The notes under the pieces are model-generated. The model saw only the letters and a list, made by a program, of their open reading frames with translations, was not told where the DNA came from and ran no database searches. The position numbers and the translations under genes are program-made. 64,000 bases of DNA, from assembly GCA_038897215.1 (NCBI GenBank), contig JAWAWX010000001.1, forward strand, positions 896,001-960,000, written 5' to 3'. This document shows positions 28,411 to 37,574 of this stretch, one piece after another. Source of the stretch: Acidilobaceae archaeon. Lineage in GTDB: Archaea; Thermoproteota; Thermoprotei_A; Sulfolobales; Acidilobaceae. Numbering within the stretch: position 1 is the first letter of the stretch; the number at the start of each line of letters is the position of its first letter.

Positions 28411-29490
28411 CTAGCCCGGTTTCTGGAAGACCTCTATAGCGACTTCGAGGTCTCCGTGGAGAACCTCTAGCTCTTCTAGGAGCTCGAAGCCTTCTCGAGC
28501 TGCTACTCTCTTCGAGTGAGACGCGTGGGGAGTGATGAGAGTCAGCGTGCCTCCAGGCTTTAGTGCTCTCCAAGCTTCGGGGATGAAGAGCTCTATCAGT
28601 CTCCTCGACCGCCTCACATCACTCATCCTGACCCCGTAGGGTGGATTGGTCACGATCCTGTCTACTGTCTCTAAGCCTATGATCGAGGAGAGCTTTCTGG
28701 CGTCTCCCTGGATGAATCTTATCCTCCTGTAGACTCTTGCCGCGAGCGCGTTCATCAAGGCTCCTCTAAGATACTCTAGCTCTAAGTCCATGCACGTCAC
28801 TAGGGAGGATTCGTAGAGGAGAGCCGCTTCTACCGCTATCGTGCCTCCTCCACACATAGGGTCTAGTATGTGGTCTCCGTCTCTAGCTCTCGATAGTCTC
28901 AGCATGCCGTACGCTATGGTTGGCTTTAGTGCTGCAGGATGGTCGTAGACTCTGTATCTTCTAGCGTGTAGAGACTTCTCTGGGGTGAGCACTACCCCGA
29001 AGCTGAACACGTCACTGTAAACTTCAGCATAGAAGACCACGTGGGGGCTGTTTAGTCTAACCTCGGGAGTGAAGCCTCTAGCTCTCCTAGTACACTCTTG
29101 GACAGCAGACCCTGCTACTCTGGCTACGTCTATCGACGTGTAGGAGTGCCCCTCTCCTATCCTCTGGCTCTCTACAGCGAACGCGTAGCCTGGGAGCAGG
29201 AAATTCCACGGCTCTGCTTTGCACACGGCTTCTCTAATCTCCTCGAGCCCCGAGGAGCTCTTGCTGACCTGCCTCTGGGAGAGTAGGAGGACTGCTGAGT
29301 GGATAGACTTGAGCTTGAAGACTCTCTCGATGCTAGCTAGAGGTATCTCGGCTATCACTCTCCCCCTCAGGGGAGACTCGAGCACTCTAGACTCTGCTAT
29401 CTCCTCCTCCACCTCGGCTACGGCTATGCGCTCCAAGCCCGGGTCACAAGTGGCTAGCAGTACTACTCTCTCCAACCTCGTCGACGCCAA
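28411..29490 (-). CDS. THUMP-domain tRNA guanine-N2 methyltransferase (Trm14-like)
   Basis: THUMP region, HPAALK, DPMCGGGT, TNPPYG. Confidence 0.85.
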   Translation of the reverse strand: MASTRLERVVLLATCDPGLERIAVAEVEEEIAESRVLESPLRGRVIAEIPLASIERVFKLKSIHSAVLLLSQRQVSKSSSGLEEIREAVCKAEPWNFLLPGYAFAVESQRIGEGHSYTSIDVARVAGSAVQECTRRARGFTPEVRLNSPHVVFYAEVYSDVFSFGVVLTPEKSLHARRYRVYDHPAALKPTIAYGMLRLSRARDGDHILDPMCGGGTIAVEAALLYESSLVTCMDLELEYLRGALMNALAARVYRRIRFIQGDARKLSSIIGLETVDRIVTNPPYGVRMSDVRRSRRLIELFIPEAWRALKPGGTLTLITPHASHSKRVAAREGFELLEELEVLHGDLEVAIEVFQKPG

Positions 29491-30199
29491 CTTCTACCTC
29501 GCACCTCCCTACGAGCCTCCTGCACGCTCTCGAGAGTATCGCTAGAAGAGACTCCGCTTCAGACTCGTAGACGCCAGGCTTGACCACAAGCTTGGCGACG
29601 CCTCTAGCTATGGACTCGGCTTTATTCTCGTCAGCTATGAGAGCTCTCGCCAGGGCTCTAGCGTAGCTCCTCAGAAGGCTCATTGTTCTCGGGCTCACTG
29701 GCTTTACGCCAATATGCCCTCTGCCTCTTCTCTTGAAGAACTCGTAGAGGAATATCGCTGTAGCGTTGCTGAGATTCAGCTCGGGATAGCTGGGGCTCGC
29801 TGGTATCGTGGCCAGAGTAGAGCAGAGCTCTATCTCCTCCCTCTTGAGCCCCGTGCTCTCTCTACCCATAACTAGCGCGACCGTGCCTTCCGTAGCAGCC
29901 GCGACCTCAGCAGCCTCCCATACCGTCAGAGCGGTTCTAAGAGTGTCCTCGAGCGAGGCTATAGCGGAAGTACATATCGAGAGAGAGACTCCCCTTAGAG
30001 CCTCGGCTAGACTCTCGACCACCACAGCTGACCGGAGCCTCTTAGAAGCTCTAGCAGCATACCTCTCAGCCTCCTCTATGCTCGCCTGGGGGCCGACGAG
30101 ATAGAGTTCGTCTACAGCAAAGTTCTCCGCTAGCCTGGCTATGAAGCCTAGGTTGACCGAGCCCTCGACCCCCACGAGAACCAGCCTGAGCTTATCCAC
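29444..30199 (-). CDS. SPOUT RNA methyltransferase, TrmJ-like
   Basis: NLGFIAR..ENF, GRESTGL, YPELNLS. Confidence 0.88.
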   Translation of the reverse strand: MDKLRLVLVGVEGSVNLGFIARLAENFAVDELYLVGPQASIEEAERYAARASKRLRSAVVVESLAEALRGVSLSICTSAIASLEDTLRTALTVWEAAEVAAATEGTVALVMGRESTGLKREEIELCSTLATIPASPSYPELNLSNATAIFLYEFFKRRGRGHIGVKPVSPRTMSLLRSYARALARALIADENKAESIARGVAKLVVKPGVYESEAESLLAILSRACRRLVGRCEVEVGVDEVGESSTASHL

Positions 30200-30405
30200 G
30201 AGAACCTCCCTAGATTCGTGTAGCTACGCGAGCCTTAAGCTAGCATCGGGCTCCCCGATCGCGTCAAAGAACCAAGCGAGAAGAGGGGAGAGCTCTCCTG
30301 GAGACCTGTCCTCGGAAGGCACAAACTCTATTACCATCTTCGACTCGATCGCTACCGTGGGGGGAAGAGATAGGGGTTCTCGATTACCCGCGAGACTATA
30401 GAGCT

Positions 30406-31938
30406 GTGGTCGAAGACAGCGTTCACGGAGCTATAAGGATAACTAGCGAGGAGTACGTCCTCCTCCAGACCCCTTTTCTGAGAAGACTGCATGAAATCAA
30501 GCAACTCGGCCTAGCCTACCTAGTCTTCCCCACTGCTACTCACTCGAGGCTTGAGCACTCTCTAGGCGTTACTCACTTAATGCACAGAATAGTCTCGAGA
30601 GTCGTAGCTAAGGCTGGAGCAGACCCCCAGCTGTGTAGCGCTATCTCCTCGAGCTGCTCGGCTAGAGAGCTCAGCGTATTCGTTGACGTATCGAGACTAG
30701 CTGCTCTAATCCACGACTCAGGGCATCTGGCTTTCAGCCACGCTACAGAAGAGGCTTTAGCCGACCTCATCAAGAGATGCTCTAGCAGAAGAAGCCACTC
30801 CTCTAACGCCTGCAAAGCCGTGAAGCAGTTAGAGCGAGAAGCGGAGAGACTAGGCTCGAGCTTCAAGATCCACGAGGTCTACACACTGCACTTAGTCGAG
30901 AAGATGGCTGAAGCTGTTAGAGGAGAGAGTGAGGAGCTCTCGCTCAAGATACTAGCTGCTCTCGAGACTCTCAAGAGCACTAGTGTTGAGAAGAACGAGG
31001 AGACGTGGGAGAGTCTAGGGCTCAGAAGGGGGGCCCTGAAGCTAGTCTCTAGCCTCCTCTCCAACGAGATCTACGACGTGGATAGAGTAGACTACCTAGT
31101 CAGAGACGCTAGATACACTGGAGTAGTCTACGGCTACATAGACCTAGACAGGTTGATCGAGGGGCTCGAGGTAGTTGTGAGAAACGAGGAGCCCGAAGTC
31201 CAGGTGACCCCTAAGGCGCTCCAGTCTATAGAAGACGTTTTCGACGCTAGATTCAAGATGTATAGAAGCGTCTACTTCCACCACAAGCTCCTCTCGATCC
31301 AGCTAGCTGTATCGAAGACCCTCGAGTACATTCTCGAAGAGTGGGATAGCCTGAATCCCCAGATATACGAGCATCTGCCAGACCCTGCTTCTCTACTAGC
31401 TCCCTCCAAGCTAGCTGAGCTAGTTTCCGATGGGCTCCTGTACTTCGACGACAACGAGATGATGTATGTGATAAAGCTCTCGGCTATGAGGGGGAGCAGA
31501 TTGCTGAAGAGGTGGGCCAGGTCTCTCCTACACGAGAGACACCTGCTCCCAGTCTCGCTCATCAAGAGAACAGAGGAGCTTCTCGAGGATAGGATAGCTC
31601 CATCTCTCAACCTAGACGAAGCCCTCTCCAAGCTAGACTTCGAGCATCTATCCGAGAGCCTAGCCGAGATAGTTGCTCGCCAGCTCGGAGTAGAGAGGAG
31701 CGATGTTGAAGTCTACTTCTCCTTGAGGAGGATCGTTGACCCGAATGCTGTCAAAGGCTTCGAGCTAACACAGTACCTTAGAGCAGTGTCTAGAGCCGCG
31801 TCGACACCAATACTTCAAGTCTACGCGTTCTCAGACGATGAGAGAGTCCAGAGAACTCTCTACAGCCATAGATGGCTTCTGCGCGAGAAGTGTAGAGAGC
31901 TTATGCTAGAAGAGCTCCTAAGCTATTGGAGGGGGTAA
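30406..31938 (+). CDS. HD-domain phosphohydrolase (dGTPase/SAMHD1-like)
   Basis: DSVHG, RL..IKQLG, HSRLEHSLG, HDSGH..FSH, DVDRVDYLVRD. Confidence 0.9.
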   Translation: MVEDSVHGAIRITSEEYVLLQTPFLRRLHEIKQLGLAYLVFPTATHSRLEHSLGVTHLMHRIVSRVVAKAGADPQLCSAISSSCSARELSVFVDVSRLAALIHDSGHLAFSHATEEALADLIKRCSSRRSHSSNACKAVKQLEREAERLGSSFKIHEVYTLHLVEKMAEAVRGESEELSLKILAALETLKSTSVEKNEETWESLGLRRGALKLVSSLLSNEIYDVDRVDYLVRDARYTGVVYGYIDLDRLIEGLEVVVRNEEPEVQVTPKALQSIEDVFDARFKMYRSVYFHHKLLSIQLAVSKTLEYILEEWDSLNPQIYEHLPDPASLLAPSKLAELVSDGLLYFDDNEMMYVIKLSAMRGSRLLKRWARSLLHERHLLPVSLIKRTEELLEDRIAPSLNLDEALSKLDFEHLSESLAEIVARQLGVERSDVEVYFSLRRIVDPNAVKGFELTQYLRAVSRAASTPILQVYAFSDDERVQRTLYSHRWLLREKCRELMLEELLSYWRG

Positions 31939-32930
31939 GTGGTGTGAGCCTACTAGACCAGTATCTCTTGTGGCCAGAGCTCTTGAGAGAAGGGTTTTCT
32001 AGAGGCTTAGAGAAGCGAGTCGACGTGAGGAGAGCTGAGAGAATCCTGGTATGCGGGATGGGTGGAAGCGGTGCTGCAGGAGACTTAGCGCTACTAGTTG
32101 CTCGAATATACGGTTCTAGAGTCTCGATCGATGTAGTTAAGGATTTCTCGGTAGGATTTGAGACCAGAGACTACGACCTAGCGCTAGCTGTGAGCTACTC
32201 GGGCAACACTATAGAGACTATCTCTTGTCTCTCCGAAGCTCTAGCGGGGGGCGTTAAAGCCGCTGTTCTCTCAAGCGGGGGTTTGCTTAGAGAGATAGCT
32301 GAGAGACGAGGGCTCCCATGGATTCCTCTGAGGAGCGGGTTGAAGCCTAGAGCAGCTCTGCCAGCAATGCTGGGCGCTATTCTAGGAGTCCTAGCGTCTA
32401 CCGACTGCCTACGCTTAAGCGAGGAGGAGGTAGAATCGGCTACAGCGCGGCTAGAGAGAGTGAGCGTAGAGGAAGCCAGAGCGTACGCTGAAGCTATAGC
32501 TGAGAGCAGCATTGTCACGATAGCCTCTACTAGAGACGTCTCGGCTCTAGCAGAGAGATGGAGGTCGGAGATAGCTGAGAACTCCAAGAAAGTAGCTAAG
32601 GTTGAAGTGTACCCCGAGTCTGCTCACAACGACCTCAACTCATGGCTCTTCTTCAAAGCCCCCGCTTCCTTCATAGTGATAGAAGGCTGGAGCGAGTATA
32701 GCAGAGAAGCTCTGAGAATAGCGTCGAGGGTCTTCAAGCAAGTCGGTAGAACACTACAAGTGAGTGTCGAGAAGAGTCTAGCGGGCGTCCTGGAGACCTC
32801 TCTTCTAGCAGGTTACTCTACAGTTCTGGCAGCTCAAGCTCTAGGCCTAGACCCAGCCGCCACGCCAGCCATAGATGCTTACAGAGGAGAGCTCGAGAAG
32901 CTCTGGAGAGCTAGAAGGTCGGGACTCTAA
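31926..32930 (+). CDS. Bifunctional phosphoglucose/phosphomannose isomerase
   Basis: GMGGSG, SYSGNTIET, SSGG, ENSK, PESAHN. Confidence 0.9.
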   Translation: MEGVSGVSLLDQYLLWPELLREGFSRGLEKRVDVRRAERILVCGMGGSGAAGDLALLVARIYGSRVSIDVVKDFSVGFETRDYDLALAVSYSGNTIETISCLSEALAGGVKAAVLSSGGLLREIAERRGLPWIPLRSGLKPRAALPAMLGAILGVLASTDCLRLSEEEVESATARLERVSVEEARAYAEAIAESSIVTIASTRDVSALAERWRSEIAENSKKVAKVEVYPESAHNDLNSWLFFKAPASFIVIEGWSEYSREALRIASRVFKQVGRTLQVSVEKSLAGVLETSLLAGYSTVLAAQALGLDPAATPAIDAYRGELEKLWRARRSGL

Positions 32931-33000
32931 GTCAACTAGGATACTCTAGAGCAACAATATAACCTCCTAGGCTAGCTGATAGCGTGGTGGTGCTCGGTCC

Positions 33001-33855
33001 TTGAGGGTGAGGCTGCCGGCTCACGCTGGCACATTCTACCCGAGTAGGAGAGAGAGCTTGCTGAAAGCGATCAAAGACTCGTTCCTGCACAGACTAGGCC
33101 CAGGAGTCCTCCCCCCGAGAGGCGAGCCTCAGGGAAGAAGTAGCCTAGGCTTTCTAGTGCCTCACGCGGGTTACGTGTACAGCGGGCCTATAGCTGCTCA
33201 CGCGTACCTAAGGCTGGCTATCGAAGGCTGCCCTGATACCGTCGTCCTAGTAGGCCCGAATCATACAGGGATGGGGCTCCCCGTCTCAGTGTATAGCGAG
33301 GGCTACTGGAGGACTCCTCTCGGGGATGTAGAGGTTGATTCTGAGATAGCGAGAAGTATCGCGGCTTTCAGCGAGATAGCTGCTTTCGATCACAGAGCAC
33401 ATCTGGAAGAGCACTCTCTCGAGGTTCAGCTACCATTTCTCCAATACGTTTGCGGCGAGAAGCTCAAGATAGTGCCGGTAACAGTCCTCATCCAGACAGC
33501 AGAGGTGGCGAAGAAGCTGGGAGACGCTATCCTAAGGGTTAGGAGAGAGCTGGGAGCAGACCTAGTCGTCGTAGCGACCTCAGACTTGAATCACTACGAG
33601 CCGCACGACGTCTCAGTGAAGAAGGATGAAGCAGTGCTAGAGGAGTTCCTAGAGCCAGACCCCGAGGGGGTCTTTAGAGTAATCGACGCTCTAGACGTCT
33701 CAGTCTGCGGCCCCGTCTCGCTAGCAATGCTAGCATACATGGCTAAAACCATGGGAGTGAAGCCGGAACTCCTAGCTCACGCGACCTCTGGAGACGTGAC
33801 TGGAGAGAGAGACTTCGTCGTAGGCTATGCTAGCGCCAGAGTCCCTCTAGCTTGA
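33001..33855 (+). CDS. MEMO1/AmmeMemoRadiSam protein B family
   Basis: AGTFYP, PHAGYVYSG, GPNH, EHSLEVQLPF, SDLNHY. Confidence 0.92.
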   Translation: MRVRLPAHAGTFYPSRRESLLKAIKDSFLHRLGPGVLPPRGEPQGRSSLGFLVPHAGYVYSGPIAAHAYLRLAIEGCPDTVVLVGPNHTGMGLPVSVYSEGYWRTPLGDVEVDSEIARSIAAFSEIAAFDHRAHLEEHSLEVQLPFLQYVCGEKLKIVPVTVLIQTAEVAKKLGDAILRVRRELGADLVVVATSDLNHYEPHDVSVKKDEAVLEEFLEPDPEGVFRVIDALDVSVCGPVSLAMLAYMAKTMGVKPELLAHATSGDVTGERDFVVGYASARVPLA

Positions 33856-33871
33856 CGAGGTAGAGACTTCA

Positions 33872-34684
33872 TTGTTTAGAGCGAGATACCTGGTGAGAGT
33901 ACCAGCTATACTCGCTGGAGTACCCATACCTGGGAGTAGAAACCCCTTTATAGCCGCTCCTCTAACGAGCCTCAGGCTCGACGTGGAGCTAAGAGAGTGC
34001 GATGCTCCTAGAGTGGAGGCTAGAGGAGTCTCTAGCTTAGAGGATAGGATTAATTCTCTCTGGAGTAATCTCCTGGAGAACATGGGGCTCCGTTTCTGCT
34101 CTAGAGTAGAGCTAGCTGAAGAGGGGAGGGTTGAAGAGACTCCTCTAGGAGGGCTTTACGCCTCAGTCTCCTCAGCGCTCTACTATGCTTTGGGAGAGGC
34201 TCACGGAGAGAAGCTCTCTCCACGAGACATAGTCGAGAGCCTGAGTCTAGCTGAGCCAATGAGTCTAGATGAGAGCGAGAGGACTCTAGTAGACTCTCTG
34301 AGGTACTCTGCATCCTCGGGTAGTGTTGTGGCTTACAGAGATGTTGATGAAGTCTACGAGTTCAAGACTGTCAAGTTGAGGTCAAGCATTAGCGTTAAGG
34401 GTAGAGTCTATAGGCAGGCTTCTGCTCTCTCTCGAGACGCGCTCAGCATAGACCTCTACAGCTCTCTAGTACATCTAGCGGGGCTAGCTGTTCTCGAGAT
34501 AGCCGAGGAGGTGAGAGACGGGGTAGAACTCCTAGACGCTATAGCTAGACGCAAGCAACTCCTAGACGCTATAGCTATAGCCGTATGGGATCTCGAGAAG
34601 CCTCCTAGAGATTGCTTGTGGAGCCCCTCGCTACCCGGGCTCTTCGAGCTCCTGTGTGTAGAGGAGTGGAGGAGAGGTGTGTAG
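33872..34684 (+). CDS. Divergent GHMP-kinase-like protein in the mevalonate kinase slot
   Basis: Position between MEMO1 and ipk; weak echoes of GHMP motifs (PAILAG...PFIAAPL; TPLGGLYASVSSAL). Confidence 0.5.
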   Translation: MFRARYLVRVPAILAGVPIPGSRNPFIAAPLTSLRLDVELRECDAPRVEARGVSSLEDRINSLWSNLLENMGLRFCSRVELAEEGRVEETPLGGLYASVSSALYYALGEAHGEKLSPRDIVESLSLAEPMSLDESERTLVDSLRYSASSGSVVAYRDVDEVYEFKTVKLRSSISVKGRVYRQASALSRDALSIDLYSSLVHLAGLAVLEIAEEVRDGVELLDAIARRKQLLDAIAIAVWDLEKPPRDCLWSPSLPGLFELLCVEEWRRGV

Positions 34685-35423
34685 GCTAGCCGTAGTCAAG
34701 CTCGGGGGGAGTGTTGTAACCAGGAAGAGCGAGCCTGAGACTATAGACTACGAGAATCTAGCCTCGTGCTCTCGAGCGGTGAGAGAGTACCTGGATAGAG
34801 GCGGCAGGCTGGTTCTAGTGCTGGGAGGGGGGAGCTTTGGTCACTACGCTGTCCGCAAGCTACTCGAGTCTAAGAGGGGTCTCGACGCTAGAGACTCTAG
34901 CGTAGTACAGCTCTCGATGATGAAGCTAGCCTTAAGCGTTCTACTCGAGCTCCATCGCTCAGGCGTGCCAGCTGTAGCACACCCTCCTCACTCTATCTGC
35001 GAGAACGCTGACGCAGAGTCCTGCGATACAGCGGTGATCCGGAGAGACCTATCTCTAGGGCTCGTGCCCGTAGTCTTCGGAGACGCCATCCCGTCTGGTA
35101 GAGGCGCGGAGATAATCAGCGGAGACGATATAGCAGCTGAGATAGCGTCATCGCTGAGAGCAGACTGCCTGATATTCGTGACGTCGGCTCCGGGAGTATT
35201 AGCTAGAAACGGTGAGGTTGTGAGGGTAGTGAGAAGCCTAGACGAAATCGAACTCTTCTCCACAGAAGGCTTTGACGTAACGGGAGGCATAGCTAGAAAG
35301 GTGGAGAGAGCTCTGCAAGCCTCGAGGATGGTTGAGAACGTTAGGATAGTTGGCGTTAAAGACCTAGGCAGAGCTCTCGCTGGAGACGATGTGGGGACTA
35401 GGGTGGTAGCTAGTGGGGAATAA
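34677..35423 (+). CDS. ipk: Isopentenyl phosphate kinase
   Basis: KLGGSVVT.K, GGGSFGH, ISGDD, DVTGGI. Confidence 0.9.
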   Translation: MCRLAVVKLGGSVVTRKSEPETIDYENLASCSRAVREYLDRGGRLVLVLGGGSFGHYAVRKLLESKRGLDARDSSVVQLSMMKLALSVLLELHRSGVPAVAHPPHSICENADAESCDTAVIRRDLSLGLVPVVFGDAIPSGRGAEIISGDDIAAEIASSLRADCLIFVTSAPGVLARNGEVVRVVRSLDEIELFSTEGFDVTGGIARKVERALQASRMVENVRIVGVKDLGRALAGDDVGTRVVASGE

Positions 35424-36522
35424 CACTCCTTCGAGAAAGCTAGAGCACGTCTTGATCTCGGTTAGGGAAGACGTAGAGTACAAGGCTTCAACTCTCCTCG
35501 AGTACCTCAGATTAGTCCACGACCCCCTACCAGACTCGGACCTCGAGGATGTAGACTTGAGCGTAGACTTCTGCAACTCAGGCAAGACTCTCAGCGCTCC
35601 TATAGTGATAGCGGGGATGACTGGAGGACACTTAGACGTGGCTTGGATAAACGAGGCTCTAGCTCGGCTAGCCGAGGAGCTAGGCTTAGCGATGGGCGTT
35701 GGTAGCCAGAGAGCAGCTCTAGAAGACCCCTCTCTAGAAGCCACGTTCAGGGTCGCTAGAGAAGCAGCTCCGAGAGCGTTCCTGATAGCTAATATCGGGG
35801 GAGCGCAGCTAGTGAGAGGGTATAGTGCTAGAGAGTTGAAGAAAGCAGTAGACATGATTAGAGCAGACGCTCTAGCAATACACCTAAACCCCGCTCAGGA
35901 AGCCTTCCAGCCAGAGGGAGAGCCGACCTATAGAGGGCTCGTCGAGAAGCTAGCCGAGATAGTAGACTCTCTCGACGTCCCAGTCATCGTGAAAGAAACC
36001 GGAGCCGGGCTCGGGAGAGAGGCTATCAGAGAGCTCTACAACATAGGCTTTAGATGCTTCGACGTCCAGGGGCGTGGTGGAACCAGCTGGATCAAGGTAG
36101 AGTATTATAGGAGAGGAGGGGGGAGCTCTGAGATAGCAGACGAGTGGGGCAACCCTACAGCCGTAGCCGTAGTAGAGGCTAGAGTAGCCGCTCCGAGAGC
36201 ATTCGTAATCGGTAGCGGAGGGGTCAGGAGTTCTCTCGATATAGCGAAGGTGATAGCTCTAGGAGCTGACTCTGCTGCTCTCGCTAGACCATTCTTGAAG
36301 ACTCTCTTCGAGGAAGGCTACGAGAAGCTGAGAGAGAAGACGAGGAGCCTCATAGGGGAGCTTAGAGCCCTAGTGTTCCTCAGTGGAGGGCGTAGAGTCA
36401 GAGACCTGTGGAAGACCCCCATAGCTGTCACGGGGAGGCTTAGAGAGGAGCTTGAAGCTAGAGGGGTCGATGTAGAGGAGTATATAAGAAGAGGGAGGCT
36501 ACTACCACTCCTCAGGATTTGA
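35413..36522 (+). CDS. fni: Type 2 isopentenyl-diphosphate isomerase
   Basis: RKLEH, MTGG, GVGSQR, HLNPAQE, KETGAG. Confidence 0.96.
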   Translation: MGNNTPSRKLEHVLISVREDVEYKASTLLEYLRLVHDPLPDSDLEDVDLSVDFCNSGKTLSAPIVIAGMTGGHLDVAWINEALARLAEELGLAMGVGSQRAALEDPSLEATFRVAREAAPRAFLIANIGGAQLVRGYSARELKKAVDMIRADALAIHLNPAQEAFQPEGEPTYRGLVEKLAEIVDSLDVPVIVKETGAGLGREAIRELYNIGFRCFDVQGRGGTSWIKVEYYRRGGGSSEIADEWGNPTAVAVVEARVAAPRAFVIGSGGVRSSLDIAKVIALGADSAALARPFLKTLFEEGYEKLREKTRSLIGELRALVFLSGGRRVRDLWKTPIAVTGRLREELEARGVDVEEYIRRGRLLPLLRI

Positions 36523-36533
36523 GGGGAGAGGAG

Positions 36534-37547
36534 ATGGTGAGAAGCTTAGAGGAGGCTCTGCAGAAGTACTCGAGGCTAGTAGACCACTTTCTCTTCGAGA
36601 ACATCTCGGGGATGCCTGAGGAGCTCTACCGAGCGTCACTACATCTCATTAAAGCTGGCGGGAAGAGGCTCAGGCCAGCGCTCACACTACTCACTGCTAG
36701 AATGCTGGGAGGCGTTGAGGCTGAGAGTAGAGCTCTCCCTCTAGCCGCAGCTGTAGAGGTAGCTCACACTTTCACCTTGATCCACGATGATATAATCGAT
36801 ATGGATGACTATAGGAGAGGGGTTCCTACTGTGCATAAGCTATGGGGGGTAGACTGGGCTGTGCTAGCTGGAGACCTGCTTCACGCTTACGCGTACAAGT
36901 TCATAGTGAACAGCTACAGGTATGGGCTCACTAAAGCCGAGGCTCATGAAGCCATGGAGGTGTTGACGGAGGCTGGCATAAAGATCTCTAGGGGGCAAGC
37001 TTTCGACATGCTCTTCGAGAAGACGTGGGACGTAACTGTGACCGATTACCTAACCATGGTCTACCACAAGACTGGAGCCATGATGGAAGCTTCGGGAAAG
37101 TTTGGAGCAATAGCTGCGCGAGCCTCAGGAGACGTGGTGGAACTCATGGGGCAGTACGGAGCTTTCGTGGGAGTAGCTTTCCAGATAAGAGACGACTATC
37201 TGGGAGTCTTCGGAGACCCGGCTAAGACAGGCAAGCCTGTGTACAGCGACCTTAGGAGAGCTAAGAAGACATTCCTGGTTCTCTACGCTCTCTCAGTACT
37301 CGATGCAGACGAGAAGAAGCAGCTGATGGACATACTGACAAAAGGCTACAAGGCTACAGAGGAGGAGCTGAGGACAGCCGCTGAGCTGATCAAGAAAGCT
37401 GGAGCAGACGTGGAGGCGGATAGGCTAGCGAGAGTGTACGTGGGTAGAGCTAAGGAGATACTGATGGGTTTAAGCAATGTTGTCGACAAGCAAGCTAGAA
37501 AGAGTCTAGAAGAGCTGGCTGATTACGCGATCGAGAGGGAGAAGTGA
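36534..37547 (+). CDS. idsA: Short-chain polyprenyl (geranylgeranyl/farnesylgeranyl) diphosphate synthase
   Basis: GGKRLRP, HDDIIDMD..RRG, KTG, FQIRDDYL. Confidence 0.93.
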   Translation: MVRSLEEALQKYSRLVDHFLFENISGMPEELYRASLHLIKAGGKRLRPALTLLTARMLGGVEAESRALPLAAAVEVAHTFTLIHDDIIDMDDYRRGVPTVHKLWGVDWAVLAGDLLHAYAYKFIVNSYRYGLTKAEAHEAMEVLTEAGIKISRGQAFDMLFEKTWDVTVTDYLTMVYHKTGAMMEASGKFGAIAARASGDVVELMGQYGAFVGVAFQIRDDYLGVFGDPAKTGKPVYSDLRRAKKTFLVLYALSVLDADEKKQLMDILTKGYKATEEELRTAAELIKKAGADVEADRLARVYVGRAKEILMGLSNVVDKQARKSLEELADYAIEREK

Positions 37548-37574
37548 GAGTCTAGAGGGAGCTGGTGCTATCTC

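Noticed and set aside
30224-30337. 37-aa minus-strand ORF (MVIEFVPSEDR...)
   Set aside because: Lies in a divergent promoter region with no motif support.
30406-31938. HD protein as a Cas3 nuclease domain or defence gene
   Set aside because: Motifs fit the dNTPase-like HD family; neighbours are housekeeping genes and it is far from the arrays.
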